64,000 nucleotides of DNA from a virus. A program made the position numbers and the translations under genes. The DNA lies in IMG/VR virus record IMGVR_UViG_3300025096_002712, positions 42,291 to 106,290 of that record; one strand, written 5' to 3'. Shown here one piece after another: positions 1-8,945 of the stretch; the stretch's first letter is position 1, and every line of letters starts with the position of its first letter. A model generated the notes under the pieces. That model was not told the origin of the DNA. It saw nothing but the letters and a program-made list of their open reading frames with translations, and made no database searches.

Positions 1-2
1 TT

Positions 3-3000
3 ATTTTTGATGGTTCTGGAACTGCATATAGTGATGAGATAGTTCACCTTGGAGATGCAAGAAATCAAATAGCAAGTTGGTCATTAAGTACATCTCAAAT
101 TTCAAGTAATAATCTTATATTAGATTCGAGTGGAATCATACAAACATCAGATTTTGCAAGTGGTGTTAAGGGTTGGAGAATAACATCGGCAAATAATGGT
201 GAGGCAGAATTTGAAAAGGTTACTATTAGAGGAACATTGGCTACTACTGTATTTGAAAAAGAATCTGTAAGTGCCGTAGGTGGTCAATTATATGTAGCCA
301 ATTCAACTATTATATCACAATCAACACAACTAGCAGCATCAGATACGACAATGAGTGTTGCAAATGTAGGTGGGTTTACTGGTAGTTACAATAATAATAA
401 TGGGGAAGTTATATCTATTAAGAAAGTTACCGACACAGGATTTACAACAGAGTATGTTTTAATTCAAAGTGCATCAAGAGATAATCCTTCAAGTGATAAA
501 GATTTAAGAGGTAAGTTATATGTAGTTCGTGGATATAGTGGTTCAACACCAGCAGATAGTAGTTCTCTTGGAGATGCTGCACAATCAGCTCAGACTTATG
601 AAAATGGTCAAGTAATTGTTTCAACAGGTCGCGTCAATACTGGATATATTAGATTAAATGCTAATCCAAATGATACTACAACACCTTATATTGATATTGT
701 TGAAAGAACTGGTTCTGCAATTTATGATGTAAGTTTAAAGGCAAGACTTGGGGATTTAAGTGGTTTAAGTAGTGGATTATTATATGGAAATACTTCTCCT
801 GGATTTGGATTATTTACAGAAAATGTATTCTTACAAGGTGCCATAACAGCCACAACTGGTTCATTTACAGGAATTGTACATATCAGAACTGATGCAAGTA
901 ATCAGATAAAAATGGGTACTAATGTTAATGGTAACGCCGATGGATTTTCCTTAAATAATAATAACTTTTGGTATACGACTGGTGATTTTAGAGTAGGTGG
1001 TGCTAGTAGTAATTATTTTTACATATCTGGTTCTACAATAGATATAAAAACAGATACATTAGTTGCAAGTGGAAGTTCAATACAATTAAAAACACCAAAC
1101 TTTTATTTTGGTGATAGTTCCAATTATATAAGTGGAAGTGGTGGAAAAGTAGCAATAGTAAATACAGGTACAACAACCATAAGTGGAAGTGCAGTAAATA
1201 TCCAAACACCTAAGTTTTATTTTGGAAACTCTCAAAATTTCATAAGTGGTTCAAATGATAATATTAAAATACAAAGTTATGGTACTACAACATTAAGTGG
1301 AAGTGAAGTAACAATAGAAACTCCATCATTTTTCTTTGGTAAGAAAAGTACACAATTTGTAAGCGGCTCAAATGGTTATGTAGAAATAAGCTCGTCTAAA
1401 TTTCATATACAGGCAGATGGTGATGTCATAGCAAATAATATAACAGCGTCTAATATATCAATGTCAGGTGTTGTAAATGCCAGCGAAGGTGGTATTGGTG
1501 GTTGGGTTATAGGATCTAATAAGATTTATACAGGAACGAATGAAACTGTAAGTGGATATACATCAGCCAATGGAAGATTAATATTATCTTCAAGTGGTGC
1601 AATTCATGCAAAAGGATTTTATGTTACAAAAGGTGGAAATGCATCTTTTAGTGGTTCTATATCTTCAAGTGAAGGTAATATAGCTGGTTGGACAATAGAT
1701 GCAGATGAAATAAAATCACCTGGTAGTACGGTAGTATTAGACTCAGATTCGAGTAATGGACAAATAAAATTAGGTTCAGCAACAGCTCTTAATACTGGTG
1801 ATGGTATTTACATGGATGGTGGTGGTAACTTTAGAGCCGGCGACGCAAATGGTAAGAGAATTCAATGGGATGGTACTAATATAACAGTAAGTGCTTCTGA
1901 TTTCTTTTTCGGAGATAATTCAAATTATATAAGTGGAAGTGGTGGAAACTTAGCCATACAAAATACAGGTACAACAACTATAAGTGGAAGTGCAGTAAAT
2001 ATCCAAACACCTAAGTTTTTCATGGGTGGAAGTAGTCAATATGTTAGTGGATCCAATGGAAACATCGAAATCAGTTCTTCTAATTTCCATCTTTCATCAA
2101 GTGGTGATGTTACAATGGCGGGAACTATTACTGCAACCGAGGGAGCAATAGGTGGTTCTACTATAACATCCGACGCATTAGCTTATTCACCATATTGGAG
2201 AATATCATCTTCTGCAGATACATCAGATCCTGTATCATTTATATCATCAAGTGCATTTAAAGTATCGGCTGGTGGTAATATAACTGGTTCGAGTGTTTTA
2301 TTCGATGGTGGAAAAGTCGGTGGTTGGACAATTACAGAAAATCAATTAGAGGCCAATAATATTAAAATAAATGCAGCAAGTGGTTACATTGAAGCAGGAG
2401 AGTTGAGTAATGTTAATGATATTGATGACACATCAGTAGGATTTTTCGCAAATAAAGATGGTGAAGTACTAATTAAAGCTGGAACTTCCGCAAATAAAAA
2501 TTATATGCAGTTCAAAAATGGTACTTTAGATATCAATAGTGATAAAGTACATATCAGCGGAAGTCAGATAACATTGAAAACTCCTGATTTTTATTTTGGT
2601 GATAGTTCCAATTATATAAGTGGTAGTGGTGGAAACTTAGCCATAGTAAATACTGGAACCACAACCATAAGTGGAAGTGCAGTAACAATTGAAACACCAA
2701 GATTCTTTTTGGGTCAGAAAAGTACACAATATATAAGTGGTTCACTCGGAAATGTAGAGATTAGTTCTTCAAAATTTCATTTACAAGCAGATGGTGATGT
2801 CATAGCAAATAATATAACGGCATCTAATATATCAATGTCAGGTGTTGTAAATTCAAGTGCTGGTACAATTGGTGGATGGAAAATATTACCTGGGGTATTA
2901 AAATCACCTGGTGAGAATGTTATATTGTCCGCATCAAATGGTGGTTATATATCACTTGGTGCAACACCACCCATAACAGCATCAAGTGGTGTCGGTATAT

Positions 3001-4178
3001 TCCTATCTGGTTCAGGTGATTTATTAGTTGGCGATAGTGGTGGTAATAAGATTCAATATGATGCATCTGTAGGTTCTATTAATATGAAGTCTCGTACTTT
3101 TAATTTAGATGCAACAACAATAGTTGTGGATTCTGCTACAAATAATGGTAAAATGGCACTTGGTGGTACACCACCAACTTCTGTTGCATCAACAGTTACT
3201 GGAAGTTATCTTGATGGGTTTGGAAATGTTTTATTTAGACAGAGTGCAGATGATTATTTAAAATTTACCAATAGAAAGTTGGATATGCATGCTAAAAGCT
3301 TTTTCTTGGGTGGAGCATCACAATATGTAAGTGGAAGTGGTGGAAACTTAAAAATATATAGTACTGGAGATACAACACTTAGTGGAAGTTCTGTTACGGT
3401 AGAAACACCTAAGTTTTTCTTAGGTAAACAAGGTTCTCAATATGTAAGTGGAAGTAACAATCTTCTTGAGATAAGCTCATCTAAGTTTCATTTGAAAAAT
3501 GATGGTAGTGTTACAATGACTGGTAATGTTACTGCTACTACTGGAGAAATTGGTGGTTATGTAATAAGTAGTACAGCTATGTCTGCTTCATCAGGTGGTG
3601 TTATTATTACAACAAATGCAAATGCTGACATTTATCAAGGTGGTGGAGCCTATCTCGACAATGTACCATATATGTATGCAGAAAATGCTATATTTGGTGA
3701 TTGGGATAACTACTTTAGAGTTTTTGATGGTAGAATGTACGCAGGTAAAGGAATACAAACTCAGGGAATTTGGTTAGATGCAAATGATACGACCTTAAAA
3801 TTAGGTGCTGATAATCCAAAACTCATGACATACACATCTAAAACTGGAATATTCTTATCGGGATCTGGACATTTTAGAGTTGGTTCACCTACTGGTTCAA
3901 GGGTATCATTTGACACTACAAACCTTATAATAAGTACCAGTAATTTTGATGTTATAGGTGGTGCAGTAACCGCAAGCGCTGGTTCAATTGCAGACTGGAC
4001 AATTACGACATCAAGTTTGGAATCAAACACGGATGACCTTAGAGGACTTAAACTGAAACCAGGGGATAGAGTAGTTGGATACGGGCCCACGGCACATACA
4101 AAACAGACTATATCTGGTTCGTTTAGTTTTGGAGTTTTACCAACACCTCCAGGTGAAGGTGGCGGAATAGCTTGGTAA
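3..4178 (+). CDS. Large Ser/Gly-rich repeat-built tail fibre/virion structural protein (5'-truncated)
   Basis: Frame is open from position 3 (IFDGSG...GWRITSANNGEAEFEKVTIRGTLATTVFE), so the TTG at 237 is internal. Contains GxIGGW-type and TPxF(F/Y)xG-x-YISGS repeats typical of phage fibres and sits next to S74 fibre genes. Confidence 0.75.
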   Translation: MFDGSGTAYSDEIVHLGDARNQIASWSLSTSQISSNNLILDSSGIIQTSDFASGVKGWRITSANNGEAEFEKVTIRGTLATTVFEKESVSAVGGQLYVANSTIISQSTQLAASDTTMSVANVGGFTGSYNNNNGEVISIKKVTDTGFTTEYVLIQSASRDNPSSDKDLRGKLYVVRGYSGSTPADSSSLGDAAQSAQTYENGQVIVSTGRVNTGYIRLNANPNDTTTPYIDIVERTGSAIYDVSLKARLGDLSGLSSGLLYGNTSPGFGLFTENVFLQGAITATTGSFTGIVHIRTDASNQIKMGTNVNGNADGFSLNNNNFWYTTGDFRVGGASSNYFYISGSTIDIKTDTLVASGSSIQLKTPNFYFGDSSNYISGSGGKVAIVNTGTTTISGSAVNIQTPKFYFGNSQNFISGSNDNIKIQSYGTTTLSGSEVTIETPSFFFGKKSTQFVSGSNGYVEISSSKFHIQADGDVIANNITASNISMSGVVNASEGGIGGWVIGSNKIYTGTNETVSGYTSANGRLILSSSGAIHAKGFYVTKGGNASFSGSISSSEGNIAGWTIDADEIKSPGSTVVLDSDSSNGQIKLGSATALNTGDGIYMDGGGNFRAGDANGKRIQWDGTNITVSASDFFFGDNSNYISGSGGNLAIQNTGTTTISGSAVNIQTPKFFMGGSSQYVSGSNGNIEISSSNFHLSSSGDVTMAGTITATEGAIGGSTITSDALAYSPYWRISSSADTSDPVSFISSSAFKVSAGGNITGSSVLFDGGKVGGWTITENQLEANNIKINAASGYIEAGELSNVNDIDDTSVGFFANKDGEVLIKAGTSANKNYMQFKNGTLDINSDKVHISGSQITLKTPDFYFGDSSNYISGSGGNLAIVNTGTTTISGSAVTIETPRFFLGQKSTQYISGSLGNVEISSSKFHLQADGDVIANNITASNISMSGVVNSSAGTIGGWKILPGVLKSPGENVILSASNGGYISLGATPPITASSGVGIFLSGSGDLLVGDSGGNKIQYDASVGSINMKSRTFNLDATTIVVDSATNNGKMALGGTPPTSVASTVTGSYLDGFGNVLFRQSADDYLKFTNRKLDMHAKSFFLGGASQYVSGSGGNLKIYSTGDTTLSGSSVTVETPKFFLGKQGSQYVSGSNNLLEISSSKFHLKNDGSVTMTGNVTATTGEIGGYVISSTAMSASSGGVIITTNANADIYQGGGAYLDNVPYMYAENAIFGDWDNYFRVFDGRMYAGKGIQTQGIWLDANDTTLKLGADNPKLMTYTSKTGIFLSGSGHFRVGSPTGSRVSFDTTNLIISTSNFDVIGGAVTASAGSIADWTITTSSLESNTDDLRGLKLKPGDRVVGYGPTAHTKQTISGSFSFGVLPTPPGEGGGIAW
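1085..3490 (+). repeat. Intragenic modular repeats with near-identical DNA copies
   Basis: 1101-1135 equals 2589-2623 (35 nt identical); 1413-1478 vs 2787-2852 (66 nt, 2 mismatches); 1160-1218 vs 1961-2019 (1 mismatch). The protein unit TPxFFxGxxxxYISGSxGxxxI recurs in four blocks. Confidence 0.9.
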
Positions 4179-4222
4179 CATAATGAAAAAATTATTAATA
4201 TATATAATAAAGGAGTTTTAAA

Positions 4223-5608
4223 ATGGCACAAATTTTACCATTTAAATTAAATATTGAAACCGTAAAAGGCCATACAATATCATATGCAACATCATCATTT
4301 GCAAAAACAGATGAGGCCGGCCTTAGTGGATCTGTTATTTTAAGTAGAATAGATTCTATGCCTTCTATATCTTATAGTTCAAACGAAGTAATAGGAGGTG
4401 CAGCCTCACCGGCACACACTTTTTCACATGCAAATAATATTTGGATTTCTGCTTCAATGAATAGTACACATCACGGGTCAGGTTCAATTACATTTCATCA
4501 TACAGATTCATCGGATGTGAATGATAGATTAAAAAGATATAGATTTTTTGGTGATAAAGTATGTGCTGTTCTTGGATTACCTTCACGTCATTGGATATAT
4601 CCAGTCAATTTTCAATTGTCCGATGCAACTGGTGTAGCAAATTATTTTGCTGGGGATGTATCTGCAGACTCTTTGAATGTTGCAAATAGTTTTAATATGT
4701 CACCGCTAGCCTCATCTACATCACATGTCAGACTTAATGCTACATCAGGAAGTAATGATGTGTTTTTCTTAGTTTCAAGTGGATCAGGTGCCTTTCAAAA
4801 AAATATGATACAGATTGGGTATAATACAGATGATGATAAGTTTGTTATACGAGGTGGAACTGGAGAAAGTAGTCAAGGGGCTTATATTGATGATTTCATA
4901 AGTGTAACATCTAATTATGTCGATTCGTGGTATTTCAGACAAAAAGCAGTTACTGATTCTTATATAAAGCTTTATAGTGATAGTTTCACCTATAAATCAG
5001 AAGGTGAGGATTGTGTATATTTTGAGAAAATATCATCTAGCCCTCCAAGACGGAGATATAGGTTTGGTAATCCAGGCGTCAATGGTGTTCCTTCTGAAGT
5101 AGGCATTGAATCAGATTTCATTTTTTCTGCATCAGGATCTGCTAATGGTATGAATTATACAATTTGTGCTAAAGGTGAAAAAGATGAGGGTTTTGTTGGA
5201 ATACGAGAACAGAGTCCGTCTTATCCACTTGAAGTTTCCGAGCACGTTTCAAATATATCTATATACGCAGAATATGATGTAGCAGCTTATTCGGATATTA
5301 GAGTTAAAACGGATATAGAAACTATTACTGAACCATTAGATAAAGTATTAAAATTAAGAGGTGTTACTTTTAGAAGAACTGATGATAGTGCAAGTGATAG
5401 AGTAATGATGGGATTAATTGCACAAGAAACCGAACCTATTGTACCTGAAGTTGTTGTTACAAATGAAAATCCTGAAAGTGGTAAACGATATGGACATAAA
5501 TCAATTTCATATGGAAACCTTGTAGGATTATTAATAGAGGCAGTAAAAGAACAACAAGAACAAATAGAAGAATTAAAACAACAAGTAAAGGAGATAAAAG
5601 ATGGTTAA
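4223..5608 (+). CDS. Tail fibre protein with C-terminal peptidase S74 intramolecular chaperone
   Basis: YSDIRVKTDI...KLRGVTF...GLIAQE...VPEVV...YGNLVGLLIEAVKEQQEQIEELK; SD AAGGAG upstream. Confidence 0.85.
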   Translation: MAQILPFKLNIETVKGHTISYATSSFAKTDEAGLSGSVILSRIDSMPSISYSSNEVIGGAASPAHTFSHANNIWISASMNSTHHGSGSITFHHTDSSDVNDRLKRYRFFGDKVCAVLGLPSRHWIYPVNFQLSDATGVANYFAGDVSADSLNVANSFNMSPLASSTSHVRLNATSGSNDVFFLVSSGSGAFQKNMIQIGYNTDDDKFVIRGGTGESSQGAYIDDFISVTSNYVDSWYFRQKAVTDSYIKLYSDSFTYKSEGEDCVYFEKISSSPPRRRYRFGNPGVNGVPSEVGIESDFIFSASGSANGMNYTICAKGEKDEGFVGIREQSPSYPLEVSEHVSNISIYAEYDVAAYSDIRVKTDIETITEPLDKVLKLRGVTFRRTDDSASDRVMMGLIAQETEPIVPEVVVTNENPESGKRYGHKSISYGNLVGLLIEAVKEQQEQIEELKQQVKEIKDG

Positions 5609-5891
5609 ATGGGGTGGTAAAGAAAATACAATAATACCAAAATGTGTATGTCCAACAAGTGGAGTAATATATTTGTCTGAAATAAGACAAGAACTTGAAT
5701 CAACGAGTAATTCAAATGATTATGGTAATGGGCCATGGACTACTAATACGACAACATTAAAAAATTGTAATCTCTTCGTGTATGATAGTAGAAATACTAA
5801 TTCAGATGATTATCCAAATAGTTCAGAACCACATAAGATGACAGAGTGGTATAGTTATCATCATAACGCAACAAGTGGTATGGGGATGTAA
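5601..5891 (+). CDS. Small virion-associated protein (fibre-tip/attachment motif)
   Basis: PTSGVIYLSEIRQEL...PHKMTEWY resembles the PxSGx(I/L)SLxxI...P(H/I)xMSEFY motif of small proteins that follow S74 fibres; overlaps the upstream stop. Confidence 0.5.
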   Translation: MVKWGGKENTIIPKCVCPTSGVIYLSEIRQELESTSNSNDYGNGPWTTNTTTLKNCNLFVYDSRNTNSDDYPNSSEPHKMTEWYSYHHNATSGMGM

Positions 5892-6304
5892 TGAATAAAT
5901 TATTTCATAATAATAAAATTGAAGTTAGGGATTCATCTATACATGGACGAGGAGTTTTTGCAAAAGAAGATATTAAAAGTGGTGAAATCTTAGAAGAATG
6001 TCATTATATTGTGGTAGATGATGGTAATTCACACGATATGCCACTTTATAAATGGCGTCGTTTAACAGATAGTAATATACAAATTGATGAACGGAAATTT
6101 CAATGGCCTAAAGGTGAAGATTTTGAAAAATATACAATACCATTTGGATTTGGTACTATATACAATAGTGTATTAAACGAAGAAGAAAGAAGTGTTAATT
6201 GGGAAAATGATTTAGATAGAGATATTTATAGATTTTTTACAGTTAAAGATGTAAAAAAAGATGAAGAACTTTTATTATATTATCATAATGGCAAATTTAA
6301 ATAA
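5891..6304 (+). CDS. SET-domain protein (putative lysine methyltransferase)
   Basis: IEVRDSSIHGRGVFAKEDIKSGEILEEC...GFGTIYNS...KDVKKDEELLLYY. The canonical NHS motif reads NSV. Confidence 0.8.
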   Translation: MNKLFHNNKIEVRDSSIHGRGVFAKEDIKSGEILEECHYIVVDDGNSHDMPLYKWRRLTDSNIQIDERKFQWPKGEDFEKYTIPFGFGTIYNSVLNEEERSVNWENDLDRDIYRFFTVKDVKKDEELLLYYHNGKFK

Positions 6305-6319
6305 AAAGGGTAAATAGAA

Positions 6320-6763
6320 ATGGCTTTTACAGATAGAGGAGCATATTTAGATACATCGGAAAGGGTTCACATAGGTGGAACTGGTGATCCTTCTGTATCG
6401 TTGAAAGTAACAGGTGAAGTATATGTTACAAACAATATTACTGCCTATTATTCATCAGACATAAGTTTGAAAGATAATATCAGACCGATAGAAAGTGCCA
6501 TTTTTAAGGTCAAACAAATCAGAGGTGTTACCTTTGATTGGAATAAAAAATCAGGAAAAATTGAACAAGAAAAAGGTCATGATGTAGGTTTAATTGCACA
6601 AGAAGTTGAAAAGGTTTTACCAGAAGTTATTCAGATTCGTGAAGATGGAATCAAGGCAATTGCATATGAAAAGGTTGTACCACTATTAGTAGAAGCCATT
6701 AAAGAACAACAAACTCTTATTGAGGATTTATCAAATAGAATAAAGACATTAGAGGAAAGATAA
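6320..6763 (+). CDS. Mini-fibre with peptidase S74 chaperone
   Basis: About 45 aa N-terminal segment, then YYSSDISLKDNI...IRGVTFDW...VGLIAQEVEKVLPEVI...YEKVVPLLVEAIKEQQ. Confidence 0.85.
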   Translation: MAFTDRGAYLDTSERVHIGGTGDPSVSLKVTGEVYVTNNITAYYSSDISLKDNIRPIESAIFKVKQIRGVTFDWNKKSGKIEQEKGHDVGLIAQEVEKVLPEVIQIREDGIKAIAYEKVVPLLVEAIKEQQTLIEDLSNRIKTLEER

Positions 6764-7845
6764 TGGCACTACAAAGTGGATTTAAAATATTAGGTCTAAA
6801 TATTATAGATAGTGGTGGTGGTTATGGAACATCAAAAACTGGTAGTTTGAGAGCTAGAGATCCAGGTCAAGGAAATGGATTTTTAGGAAATTATTATTCT
6901 ACGGGTGGTAAAATAGTTTCTGCTTCAATATCAAATAAAGGTAAAAGTTATTCAAGTGGCTCTTGGGTACAACCGAACACGGCGATTAAAGGTGCAGTTA
7001 CTTCTATTTCAATTGGAACATATGCAGATCCAGCTACAGGATCTGGTTCAATAATATTACCAAACATTGGTATGGATATATCTATGAGTATATCTGATAT
7101 CAATAGAGAAAAGGGAATAGCAGCCACTACTGCAAATTCAGACATTCACGATTTATATGAAGATTTTTCATCAATAGCAGGTTCAGTTCATAGTGGTTTA
7201 GAGGGAAAACCAAATTTCGATTGGTGGCAAGGAGGTCCAGTTTCACAGTCAGCATCCCATCCTATAAGATTTGATGAATTTTATAATGCAAATTATTCAA
7301 TGTATGGTGGTGCAGGTTGTCTTGCAATAGGAACACCGATAACAATGGCAGATGGTTCTACTAAAAATGTAGAGGATGTAAATGTAGGGGATATGGTAAG
7401 GGCAGCAACAGTAAAAGGTATGCCATTAGATTTTGATGATGAAGATACTTGGTCTATTTGGACTGGTGTACCACACGGAAATCCACCTGGTTCAGTATGG
7501 GCTACCGCATATTATGATATACAAGAGATAAATCGAGTTACACCAGCAAGTGCGTCAGTTCAAGAGATTTATTTTGATTTTTATGATAATTATTATCTGA
7601 TAAATGGTTCTTTAAAGGCAACATATGAACATCCATTTTTTGTATTAAGAGATGGTAGTTATCATTTTAAAACAACAGCCAGTTTGTTACCTGGTGATAA
7701 GTTATTCAAAGATAATAACGAGTTTGAAGAAATAACATCACTTGAATTTGTACAAGAATCAATAGAAACAGTTAATCTTAATGTAGAAAATTTAGATGTT
7801 TATTTCGGTGGTGGTTATTTAATGCACAATGTTCATTCTAAATAG
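6763..7845 (+). CDS. Virion-associated protein with C-terminal Hint (BIL-type) domain
   Basis: Hint at 7318-7830: CLAIGTPITMADGSTKNVEDVNVGD...TYEHPF...VNLNVE...YFGGGYLMHN, followed only by VHSK-stop. Confidence 0.85.
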   Translation: MALQSGFKILGLNIIDSGGGYGTSKTGSLRARDPGQGNGFLGNYYSTGGKIVSASISNKGKSYSSGSWVQPNTAIKGAVTSISIGTYADPATGSGSIILPNIGMDISMSISDINREKGIAATTANSDIHDLYEDFSSIAGSVHSGLEGKPNFDWWQGGPVSQSASHPIRFDEFYNANYSMYGGAGCLAIGTPITMADGSTKNVEDVNVGDMVRAATVKGMPLDFDDEDTWSIWTGVPHGNPPGSVWATAYYDIQEINRVTPASASVQEIYFDFYDNYYLINGSLKATYEHPFFVLRDGSYHFKTTASLLPGDKLFKDNNEFEEITSLEFVQESIETVNLNVENLDVYFGGGYLMHNVHSK

Positions 7846-7853
7846 GAGTTATA

Positions 7854-8864
7854 ATGAGTTATGATGTTTATTACTCTACTGGAGGTGGTTCAGTAGTTTA
7901 TGGTGGAGCAGATATTTGGGTTAATAATTGGTTACGAGAAGTAGCCCCTAAATTAAATCATCCATCTAAATTACTAATTCATCGCCGTAGACCTGAAAAA
8001 GTAAAGGTAGAATTTGATTCACCAATAGAAGTTGTATGGCAAGGTGATCACCCAAAAGATTTCGAAGAAATAGCCTCGAAGGCTCGTAAGATTCATGTAT
8101 TACACGGATATTATACACCACATAGGATAATAGAAAGTAATAAAGATAAATTAGAATCAGTATGTATTCATGTATCAGTAGATTTATCGTTAAAGGCAGG
8201 ATTTCAATTAGGATTACCGAAGTTAATGCATTATGCAGCAAACGCATCTTGGGAAAAGAGAGTTTCAAAATGGGCAAAGAAGGTAGTGTGGATTGGGTTA
8301 GATAAGATTCCATTACATGATGAAGTAGGTATAATTGATTTACCAAATTATTACGAGTTTACACAAAATAAAAAAGTATGTATGAGTAATAAAGTTGGAT
8401 TTGCAGCAAGATGTGAAACTCGTAAATCACCACATTTCTTAGATGGTATTGATAGTTATTCTTTTACCGATCCAGAAGATTGGAGATGGTGGAAATTAAA
8501 TCTTGGGTTAGAGTTTAAAAATACTCGGTTATATCAATTTAAAAATAAAAATATTCATTGGTTTTTTAATAGAGAGGATTGGGGAATATCACATAGCTGT
8601 CATCTACATGAACCATTCGGTTATTCTATATTTCAAGCATTAGATTATGGAAAGTTACCTATATTACAAAAAGATTGGCTGTCAAACTATGATTATCCAT
8701 TCAGAGCTTTCAATAAGAAAGAGTTTGATGAACAATTACATAATATATCAGAGTTATCAGAGAAAGAAAGACAAGATTATTTGGATGGACTGAGAGATTA
8801 TTGTAGGAAGTATGATAATAAGGATGAATGGGTAGAGAAATATTTGGAAATATACAACGCATGA
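7854..8864 (+). CDS. GT-B fold glycosyltransferase (GT4-like)
   Basis: N-terminal GGADIWV; C-terminal HEPFGYSIFQALDYGKLPIL resembles the GT4 EPFG-x-EA-x-GxP motif; SD AGGAG. Confidence 0.7.
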   Translation: MSYDVYYSTGGGSVVYGGADIWVNNWLREVAPKLNHPSKLLIHRRRPEKVKVEFDSPIEVVWQGDHPKDFEEIASKARKIHVLHGYYTPHRIIESNKDKLESVCIHVSVDLSLKAGFQLGLPKLMHYAANASWEKRVSKWAKKVVWIGLDKIPLHDEVGIIDLPNYYEFTQNKKVCMSNKVGFAARCETRKSPHFLDGIDSYSFTDPEDWRWWKLNLGLEFKNTRLYQFKNKNIHWFFNREDWGISHSCHLHEPFGYSIFQALDYGKLPILQKDWLSNYDYPFRAFNKKEFDEQLHNISELSEKERQDYLDGLRDYCRKYDNKDEWVEKYLEIYNA

Positions 8865-8873
8865 TATTTATTA
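8865..8873 (+). promoter_or_regulatory. TATTTATTA promoter-like motif
   Basis: The same 9-mer occurs in intergenic gaps at 8865, 10470, 23118 and 59926. Confidence 0.5.
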
Positions 8874-8890
8874 ATAACACACAACACGGC

Positions 8891-8934
8891 ACGCGTATTA
8901 GACGAGAATCGTCTTTTTCATGCGTATTTTTTTT
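8891..8934 (+). terminator. Two-stem hairpin with U-tract (terminator/attenuator-like leader)
   Basis: ACGCGT(8891-96) pairs with ATGCGT(8920-25) enclosing AGACGA-GAA-TCGTCT(8900-14), followed by A-T8 and then the SD GGAG of the next gene. Confidence 0.55.
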
Positions 8935-8945
8935 GGAGAACTTTT

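Noticed and set aside
237-239. TTG start of the first ORF
   Set aside because: The frame is open from position 3 with fibre-like sequence, so the gene starts upstream of the window.
1085-3490. CRISPR array or DGR template/variable repeat pair
   Set aside because: The repeats are in-frame coding modules with synonymous differences; there is no regular repeat-spacer period, no adenine-specific mismatch pattern and no reverse transcriptase in the window.
3761-4231. 156-aa minus-strand ORF, and the other short minus-strand or alternate-frame ORFs in the track
   Set aside because: They are shadows of long motif-bearing plus-strand genes, with no recognisable motifs or RBS.
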